Assembly (NCBI GenBank): GCA_013820975.1
Contig: JACDHQ010000001.1
Location: 1-27,741 of the forward strand
Reading direction: 5' to 3'
Length of the DNA: 27,741 nt
From: Gemmatimonadaceae bacterium
Lineage (GTDB): Bacteria > Gemmatimonadota > Gemmatimonadetes > Gemmatimonadales > Gemmatimonadaceae
A model generated the notes under the pieces. That model did not search any database and was not told the origin of the DNA. It worked only from the letters and a program-made list of their open reading frames with translations. The position numbers were made by a program, and so were the translations under genes. Below, piece by piece: positions 18,116 through 25,956 of this stretch; positions within the stretch are counted from its first letter, which is position 1; the number at the start of each line of letters is the position of its first letter.

Positions 18116-18119
18116 TGAG
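18103..18119. promoter_or_regulatory. Perfect palindrome CTCATTCA-G-TGAATGAG, candidate operator overlapping the -35
   Basis: 8-bp arms at 18103-18110 and 18112-18119 with a 1-nt spacer, too tight for an RNA hairpin. It lies 24 bp upstream of the wHTH gene. Confidence 0.7.
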
Positions 18120-18196
18120 GGAGGGATCGTCCGCCCGGACGCGGCCACGTTCCCTTCGCAATTTCTGTTCTGCGTCTCGCGTCCGCAGGCCTCGCC

Positions 18197-19282
18197 TCAG
18201 CGGTCGATGCGGCCCGCCGCCGCGGCGTCGCGCCAGCGCGTTAGCGGGTAGAGCACGAGGATGAAGGGGATCTTCACGAACGTGCGCCAATGGGCGAAAA
18301 GCAGCCGTGGCAGGTTCTCCATCAGATGCGCGTGCTCCATGCGCGCGATATCCGGCTGCAGCCGAATGCGGCCTATTGCATGGCGGAAGAGAATTCCGAC
18401 CATGATGAGGTCGGTGATGGGTTCAGGAAGCTTCCTGGCGAACTCTGCCCTGAGGACCTGATCGTCGAGACCGAGCAAAGCGGCTTCCTTGATGGTGCCG
18501 TACGCCCGCGGTGAGAAGCGCAGATCGTGACTATCGCGGTCGCTCCATCCGATCTCCGCGCTGCGAAGCAGGAGCGTCCGCTGATGGTGAGTAAAGAGGA
18601 GCACGGAAAGGGTGATGAACCAGAACTCCGTTTCCATGCGGCCGCGGTCGCTGACGCCCTTTTCGTGAGGCGTCAGGTCACGCCGCCTGTACACGTACTG
18701 GCTGATCTTACCGAGGGCGAGCAGATGCCTGACGCCTGGCTCAAGATCGGTCACCATTACGGACGCCTGCCCATCGAGGCGCACGCGATCGCCTTCGAAC
18801 TTGTAATTGTTGAATGAGGAGACGCAGAGCTCCGGCCGTATCGTCGAGAGATCGTGAAGCAGCGGGTCGAACTCCGTGTCGTATAACCCGTCGTCGTCGC
18901 CCCAGAGGCAGACATACGACCCGCGAGCCTGCTCGTACAACAGCTGGAAGTTGCGCATCATGCCGACGTTCTCCGCCTGTCGGAGCACCCGGACGTGACA
19001 GAGCGGCGCGAGCCGTTCGCCGAACGTCCGACAGACCTCGTCCGTCTTGTCGGGTGAGGCATTGTCGGAGATCACGATCTCGACGGCATCGCGGAACGCG
19101 GACTGCTCGAGCACGCGCACCATCTGCTCGAGGAGGCGAGCCAGCTTGGGTGCGCGCTTGTAGGTCGGGATACAAAACGAGAGCAGGAGTTCGCCCGGTG
19201 GGACCGTGCCGAACGTCATCTCCGTGAAGGGCTGTGGATCAGTATGTGGATCAGTATGTGGATCAGTATGTGGGTCGGTCAT
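18197..19282 (-). CDS. GT2 glycosyltransferase, similar to 3,6-dideoxyhexosyl (abequosyl/RfbV-type) transferases
   Basis: LSFCIPTYKR, VISDNASPD, NVGMMRNF, ARGSYVCLWGDDD (DXD). ATGA coupling to the upstream reductase. Confidence 0.82.
   Translation of the reverse strand: MTDPHTDPHTDPHTDPQPFTEMTFGTVPPGELLLSFCIPTYKRAPKLARLLEQMVRVLEQSAFRDAVEIVISDNASPDKTDEVCRTFGERLAPLCHVRVLRQAENVGMMRNFQLLYEQARGSYVCLWGDDDGLYDTEFDPLLHDLSTIRPELCVSSFNNYKFEGDRVRLDGQASVMVTDLEPGVRHLLALGKISQYVYRRRDLTPHEKGVSDRGRMETEFWFITLSVLLFTHHQRTLLLRSAEIGWSDRDSHDLRFSPRAYGTIKEAALLGLDDQVLRAEFARKLPEPITDLIMVGILFRHAIGRIRLQPDIARMEHAHLMENLPRLLFAHWRTFVKIPFILVLYPLTRWRDAAAAGRIDR
19233..19280. repeat. 12-bp tandem repeat TGTGGATCAGTA x3 plus one degenerate copy, in-frame (TDPH)n at GT2 N-terminus
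   Basis: Perfect copies at 19233-19244, 19245-19256 and 19257-19268; degenerate TGTGGGTCGGTC at 19269-19280. Confidence 0.95.
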
Positions 19283-20193
19283 GTGGCGCGGGATTGAGCG
19301 TGAGCTATGACGCGGCGCAGACCCTCTTCAAGGCTCACCTGAGGGGTCCAGCCCGGGATCGGGGAACCCAGGAACCACGGAACCATCACTTCACGCTCGC
19401 GGTAGGGACGGCTGCCCCAGCGGATGGGGAGCGGACGGCCGGCGATGCGACCGTACCGCGTGGCGACTTCCCGGAGGGAGACCGCGTCTCCTGAGGAGAG
19501 GGCGAAGATCTCGTGCGCCGCGCCAGCGCCCGCCTGCAGATAGCGCGCCGCGGCGATGAAGGCGTCCACCACGTCGTCGATGTACACCAGATCGAGGAGC
19601 TGGTCCCCGGGCGACATTGCGAGCTCGGATCCTTCCCTGGCGATGCGATCGAGCACGGAGAACAGCTTTGGCCGCGGATCCCCGGGGCCGTAGGTGTCGA
19701 ACACCCGCAGGGAGACCGCGCGAATGCGTGCCGTCTCGACGTAGAAGGTCAGAAGGGCCTCGAATGCCTGCTTCGTCGCGGCATACAGGCAGACCGGATT
19801 GTAGTCGCCGTTTTCGAAGTGCTGCCACGCGGTCCCGGCGTTCACCAGGTGACGGACACCGCTGGCGGCCATCGCATCGAGCAGCTGGGTAGCGAATTCG
19901 ACGTTGGTTCGAACGAGCCGTGTCACGTCCTCCTGCTGGTGCTGTGCGACGAAGACCGATGCCAGGTGGAAGACGACGGAGGGCGCCGCCGCGGCGACGA
20001 GAGTGTGCATCTGCGCGGTAGTGCCGTCGTGGACATGAGGGACCACCCCGGGAGGCAGTGCGTCGGCTTGCGACTCCGGACGGAGGACGGCATGCACCTC
20101 CCATCCGTCCGCGACCAGCCGGGCGGCGAGATGCGATCCGATGAAGCCTGTCGCGCCGGTGATGAGCGTCCGTCGGCGGTCAGTCGGGTGCAT
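19279..20193 (-). CDS. NAD-dependent NDP-4-keto-sugar reductase, CDP-abequose/paratose synthase-like
   Basis: TGATGFIG, VFHLAS, LYAATKQAFE (YxxxK), DTYGPGDPRPK, GDQLLDLVYIDD, RPYREREVM. Located directly within the ddh block. Confidence 0.75.
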   Translation of the reverse strand: MHPTDRRRTLITGATGFIGSHLAARLVADGWEVHAVLRPESQADALPPGVVPHVHDGTTAQMHTLVAAAAPSVVFHLASVFVAQHQQEDVTRLVRTNVEFATQLLDAMAASGVRHLVNAGTAWQHFENGDYNPVCLYAATKQAFEALLTFYVETARIRAVSLRVFDTYGPGDPRPKLFSVLDRIAREGSELAMSPGDQLLDLVYIDDVVDAFIAAARYLQAGAGAAHEIFALSSGDAVSLREVATRYGRIAGRPLPIRWGSRPYREREVMVPWFLGSPIPGWTPQVSLEEGLRRVIAHAQSRAT

Positions 20194-20757
20194 CGGCCGT
20201 TGCGTCGAACCTGAAGGGGCTCACAAAATCGCTCAGGCGCTCAAAAGCAGTGTCCCGGGGAGATACCGTGGGCGCGCGTTCGGGCCAGGCGATGCCGGCA
20301 GAATCCCATCGAATGCCGGTATCGGCGGCCGGCGCGTGCTCCGACGTCACGTTGTACACCATGAGCGCACTCTCGCTCGTAACCAGGAACCCGTGCGCGA
20401 GTCCCCGCGGCACGTAGAGCGCGTTGCCCACATCCGCGCGCAATTGCACGGTCGCGGCCTGACGATACGTCGGCGACCCGATGCGAAGGTCCACCACGGC
20501 ATCCAGTACGCTGCCGTGCGCACAGTAGACGAGTTTCGCATGATCGACGGGCGGCACCTGGAAGTGCAGGCCGCGCAGGACGCCTCGCACCGATACCGAG
20601 TGATACTGCTCGTCGAAGTCCGTCTCGAGTCCGCAGTCGTCAAAGGCGGATCGAACGAACACCTTCACGAAGCTCCCGCGCGCATCCTCGAACCGTCGCG
20701 GTCGAACTTCCCACGCACCGGGAATCGCCAGTGGCTCGAAGTGCAGCACCGCGCTGC

Positions 20758-20761
<4 letters not shown>
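20180..20761 (-). CDS. rfbC: RmlC-family NDP-4-keto-6-deoxyhexose 3,5-(or 5-)epimerase
   Basis: Start ATG 20761 (ATGA overlap with the rfbH stop). Motifs: [48 protein letters not shown]. Confidence 0.9.
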
Positions 20762-22097
<1,336 letters not shown>

Positions 22098-22101
<4 letters not shown>

Positions 22102-23195
22102 ACGGTCCGCCGGTCCTGATATGAGTGAATCTGGTCGCGAACGACATCAGCGGTCGACTCGTCGCGGCTGTAGCCGCGATCGACCCACTGCAGCGTCTCG
22201 TCGAAGGAGAGGAGCGGCTGCCATGCCAGGCGGTGCCGAGCGAGATCGATCGCCAGCGAAAGCGCCTTTGCCTCATGCACCGCGCCTGGTTCCGACTCGT
22301 CGTTCCACACGCGGTCGGGCGCCAGTCGTGCCAGCCCCGATACGAGCTCGTGCACTCGGCGATCGCCACTGGGCCCGGGGCCGAAGTTCACCGCCTCGAC
22401 AGGCGCCGCAGCATTGAGATGATCGGCCAGCCGGATGTACCCTCCGAGCGGCTCGAGCACATGCTGCCACGGGCGGGTGGAGTGCGGATGCCTGAGGGCT
22501 ACCGGTGCGCCCCGGGACCACGACCGGTAGCAGTCGGGGACAATACGATCCTCGGCATGGTCGCCGCCGCCAAGCACGTTTCCGGCTCGTGCGGTCGCGA
22601 CGCGCACTCCGCTGGTCTCCGCAAAGGACGCCCGCCATGAGGCCACGGCGATCTCGCACGCCGCCTTGGATGCGCTGTACGGATCGTGACCGCCCAGTTC
22701 ATCGGATTCGCGGTAGGCGTGCGGCCACTCGCGATTGCGATACACCTTGTCGGTCGTGACGGCCACGACGCGCGCGGGACGGTTCGATGCCCGCACGGCT
22801 TCGAGCACGTTGAGCGTACCGATGACGTTCACGGTCCAGGTGCGCAGCGGGTCGCGGTAGCTCCGTCGGACCAGCGCCTGCGCGGCGAGGTGAAACACCA
22901 CGTCGGGTGCCGCCTCACGCACATGCCGCGACAGCCCTTCGGCGTCGGTGATGTCGCACTCGACATGGCGCAGTCGCGCAGCGAGGCCGAGTCGCTCGAA
23001 CAGCGAGCCCGGAGCCTCCGGCGCCAGTGCGATGCCGTGCACCTCGCCGCCGAGCTGCAGCAGCCATTCCGCGAGCCAGGCGCCCTTGAAGCCGGTGTGA
23101 CCGGTAATGAGCACCCGCTTGCCGGCCAGCGCCGAAAATTCGTTCGACGTGCCACGTGTCCCGTCCACGGGGTCAGGCCCCGGGCTGCCGGCCAC
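22098..23195 (-). CDS. rfbG: CDP-glucose 4,6-dehydratase (DdhB)
   Basis: [57 protein letters not shown]. Start uncertain (GTG 23195 or GTG 23168). Confidence 0.93.
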
Positions 23196-23976
23196 GACGA
23201 TCCCAGCGAGCCCACGGCGCCTGCCTGGTGTCCCATAGCTCGTTGAGGTGCTGGTACTCGCGATAGGTATCCATCGCGTAAAAGAATCCTTCGTGGCGGA
23301 ATGCCTGCAGCTGTCCGTCGCGCGCGAGCTTCTCCAGCGGCTCTCGCTCGAGAATGCACGACGGATCGTCGGGGAGATAGTCGAACACGCGCCGGTCGAA
23401 CACGAAGTATCCGGCGTTGATCCAGCCATCGCTCTGCGGCTTCTCCAGGAAGTTGGTCACTGCGCTACGGTCGTCGATATCGATCACCCCGAAGCGCGAC
23501 GTCGGACGCACGGTGGTCAGGGTTGCGAGCTTGCCGTGCGACTTGTGGAACTCCGTCAATGCGCGAATGTCGACGTCGCATACCCCGTCGCCATACGTCA
23601 CCATGAAGAGGTCGCCCTCGACGAATCGCTGCACCTTCTTCACGCGCGCCCCGGTCATCGAGTCGAGCCCTGTCTCGGCGAGCGTCACCCGGAATTCCTG
23701 CTCCTCGTGCGCCCCGTGATACGAGATCTCCTGCTGCTCACCCAGGCAGATGGTGAAGTCGTTGTTCATCGCCTCGTAATCGAGGAAATACTCCTTGATC
23801 ATGCGGCCGCGGTACCCGAGGCACACGATGAAGTCGAGAAACCCGAAGTGCGCGTACGACTTCATGATGTGCCAGAGAATGGGGCGCCCGCCGACCTCGA
23901 CGAGCGGCTTCGGCCGGTACTCGGTTTCTTCGCGGAGTCGCGTGCCCTGTCCGCCGGCCAGAATGATTACTTTCAA
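23173..23976 (-). CDS. rfbF: Glucose-1-phosphate cytidylyltransferase (DdhA)
   Basis: TTG start. LAGGQGTRLREET...PKPLVE, LGYRG, TGAR, TYGDG, WINAGYF, MDTYRE. Confidence 0.95.
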   Translation of the reverse strand: MKVIILAGGQGTRLREETEYRPKPLVEVGGRPILWHIMKSYAHFGFLDFIVCLGYRGRMIKEYFLDYEAMNNDFTICLGEQQEISYHGAHEEQEFRVTLAETGLDSMTGARVKKVQRFVEGDLFMVTYGDGVCDVDIRALTEFHKSHGKLATLTTVRPTSRFGVIDIDDRSAVTNFLEKPQSDGWINAGYFVFDRRVFDYLPDDPSCILEREPLEKLARDGQLQAFRHEGFFYAMDTYREYQHLNELWDTRQAPWARWDRRGRQPGA

Positions 23977-24015
23977 CGTCGTCTCATGTTTCAGTGGTGC
24001 CCCACACGAACCGTC

Positions 24016-24021
24016 AGTGTA
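24016..24021 (-). promoter_or_regulatory. Candidate -10 element TACACT for the rfbF operon
   Basis: Same hexamer as the -10 at 7163, about 40 nt upstream of the rfbF TTG. No recognisable -35. Confidence 0.3.
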
Positions 24022-24029
24022 ACGCGTCC

Positions 24030-24653
24030 ATGGCCGGATATCGCGGAAAGCGCCTGTTCGACATCATTGCCGTGCTGCTCGCCGCGCCGCTCTGGGTTCC
24101 CGCCCTGGGCGTCGTTGCGGTCGTCGTGCGCTGGAAGATCGGCGCGCCTGTGCTGTTTCGTCAGGTGCGCCCCGGCCTCGACGGCCGGCCATTCGAGATG
24201 ATGAAGTTCCGGACGATGACCGATGGGCGTGATGTCTCGGGCGCCCTGCTGCCCGATGCCGAGCGGCTCACGCCAGCCGGCCGCCGGCTGCGGTCCACGT
24301 CGCTCGACGAGCTTCCCGAGCTGCTCAACGTCCTCCGAGGCGGGATGAGCCTCGTCGGTCCGCGTCCGCTGCTCGTGAGCTACCTGCCGCGCTACGCCGT
24401 GCATCACCGTCGGCGTCACGAGGTGCGTCCGGGGCTCACCGGGCTTGCGCAGGTATCCGGCCGCAACTCGCTCACGTGGCCGGACCGGCTCGATCTTGAC
24501 GTCGAGTACGTCGAGCGCTGCTCGCTCGCGCTCGATCTGCGGATTCTCGGGCGCACGGTGAGCGCGGTGCTCGGGCGGCGCGGAATCAGCGCGGAGGGCG
24601 AGGCGACCATGGCAGAGTTTACGGGTTACGCAGCGGACGAGCCGCGGCGGTGA
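24030..24653 (+). CDS. Small monotopic phosphoglycosyl transferase (PglC-like initiating sugar transferase)
   Basis: Start ATG 24030. KRLFD, RPGLDG.PF..MKFRTM, SLDELPELLNVL.G.MSLVGPRP (Asp-Glu dyad), RPGLTGLAQVSGRN. Confidence 0.93.
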   Translation: MAGYRGKRLFDIIAVLLAAPLWVPALGVVAVVVRWKIGAPVLFRQVRPGLDGRPFEMMKFRTMTDGRDVSGALLPDAERLTPAGRRLRSTSLDELPELLNVLRGGMSLVGPRPLLVSYLPRYAVHHRRRHEVRPGLTGLAQVSGRNSLTWPDRLDLDVEYVERCSLALDLRILGRTVSAVLGRRGISAEGEATMAEFTGYAADEPRR

Positions 24654-25834
24654 TGGGCCGGCGCCATGGCTGAGCGCGCCCCATCCTGGCGCGGAGACTG
24701 TCCCGCGGCCAGGCACCGCTGCAGGCTCTCGATGACCCGCGCCTGGTCCGATGCCGGGAGCGACGACGAGGATGGCAGGCACACGCCGGAGGCAAACAGC
24801 TCCTCGGCGACGGTGCCGCCCACGCGCGGCGCGTCGGCGAAGAGTGGCTGCGTGTGCATGGGACGCCACACCGGCCTTGCCTCGATCTCCGAACGACCGA
24901 GCACTTCGACCACCTCGTTGGGGCGCACCCCGGTCTGGCGCGGGTCGAGGATGGCGACGGTCAGCCACCTGGTGTGAAGCCCCCACGACGATTCGGGCTG
25001 CAGGCTCGCGCCACACATCATGCCAAACGCGGCAGCATACCGCTCTGCCACGGCGCGCCGCTGTGCCACTCGCTCGTCGAGCACCTGCAGCTGCCCGCGC
25101 CCGATGCCGGCCAGCACGTTGCTCATGCGGTAGTTGTATCCCAGTTCATGGTGCACGTACTCCGCCGCCGGCTCCCGCGCCTGCGTCGACCACTTGCGCA
25201 TGACGGCGATGGCCTCGGCGCTGCGGGCCACGACCATCCCGCCTGCCGTGGTCGTGATGATCTTGTTTCCGTTGAAGCTCAGCAGCGAATAGTCCGCGGT
25301 CGTGGCCGTCTGCCGGCCGCGGTAGGTCCCGCCGAGCGACTCCGCTGCGTCCTCGACGAGCGGGACGCCGTACTCGCGGCACGCCTCGGCGATGGCGTCG
25401 ATGTCGCAATGCTGCCCGTACAGGTGCACCGCGACGAGCGCCTTGGGCAGCGTCCCCGCCGCGGCGGCCGTCCGCAGGTACTCCCGCACCAGTGAGGGGT
25501 CGATGTTCCACGACTCGCGCTCGCTGTCGATGAAGACGGGCGTTGCGCCCAGGTACATGATCGGAAATACGGAGCCGGCGAAGGTCAGCGTGGAAACCGC
25601 AACGCGATCACCCGGCCCCACCCCCAGCCAGCGGAGGATCAGGTGCAGCGCCGCGGTTCCACTGGCGACGGCCAGCGTGGAAACCCCCTCGCCCAGCCGG
25701 CCGGCGACCTCCTCCTCGAACCGGTCGAGGTTGGGACCGACGGATGACAGCCAGTTCGAGGCGAAGGCCTCGGCCACGTACTGCTGCTCGTGGCCGCTCA
25801 TGTGCGGCACGGAAAGGTGAACGCGCGAGGACAC
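24626..25834 (-). CDS. DegT/DnrJ/EryC1/StrS PLP aminotransferase, PglE-like (UDP-4-keto-6-deoxy-GlcNAc 4-aminotransferase)
   Basis: HLSVPHMSG, ASNW...GP, SGTAALHL, VEDAAESLG, SFNGNKIITT (Schiff-base Lys), GYNYRMSNVLAGIG, RPVWRPMHTQP, GVCLPSSS. Confidence 0.93.
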   Translation of the reverse strand: MSSRVHLSVPHMSGHEQQYVAEAFASNWLSSVGPNLDRFEEEVAGRLGEGVSTLAVASGTAALHLILRWLGVGPGDRVAVSTLTFAGSVFPIMYLGATPVFIDSERESWNIDPSLVREYLRTAAAAGTLPKALVAVHLYGQHCDIDAIAEACREYGVPLVEDAAESLGGTYRGRQTATTADYSLLSFNGNKIITTTAGGMVVARSAEAIAVMRKWSTQAREPAAEYVHHELGYNYRMSNVLAGIGRGQLQVLDERVAQRRAVAERYAAAFGMMCGASLQPESSWGLHTRWLTVAILDPRQTGVRPNEVVEVLGRSEIEARPVWRPMHTQPLFADAPRVGGTVAEELFASGVCLPSSSSLPASDQARVIESLQRCLAAGQSPRQDGARSAMAPAHHRRGSSAA

Positions 25835-25857
25835 AGATGGAGGGAGTTCGTGGGAAA

Positions 25858-25882
25858 TGCAGCAGGCCCGGCCGCTGCTGCA
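25858..25882. promoter_or_regulatory. Inverted repeat TGCAGCAG-N9-CTGCTGCA in the aminotransferase leader/divergent region
   Basis: 8-bp arms at 25858-25865 and 25875-25882. Confidence 0.4.
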
Positions 25883-25936
25883 ACCATCAGGCCGCTACCG
25901 GCCCGTGGATTGCAAAGGAGGTTCCGCACCTTCCCA

Positions 25937-25945
25937 ATTCTAACA
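25937..25945 (-). promoter_or_regulatory. Extended -10 promoter TG-T-TAGAAT for the aminotransferase gene
   Basis: Plus strand ATTCTAACA at 25937-25945 reads TGTTAGAAT on the minus strand. Confidence 0.55.
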
Positions 25946-25949
25946 TAAT
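25944..25949 (+). promoter_or_regulatory. -10 element CATAAT 7 nt upstream of the PglF/CapD ATG (leaderless-like)
   Basis: CATAAT at 25944-25949, then CCGCTGT, then ATG 25957. No SD in between. Confidence 0.5.
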
Positions 25950-25956
25950 CCGCTGT

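Noticed and set aside
19233-19280. Tandem repeat as a CRISPR array or replication origin
   Set aside because: There are no spacers or cas genes, and no AT-rich unwinding element or dnaA context. It lies in-frame in a coupled CDS.
25891-25902. ops-like GCCGGTAGCGGC in the aminotransferase leader
   Set aside because: It mismatches the GG start and TG end of ops. The identical 12-mer occurs in the opposite orientation within rfbH (22070-22081), suggesting chance.
25916-25934. Perfect SD-like AGGAGGT paired in a small hairpin
   Set aside because: No start codon lies at a usable distance; it is 34 nt from the pglF-like ATG and upstream of its predicted -10.
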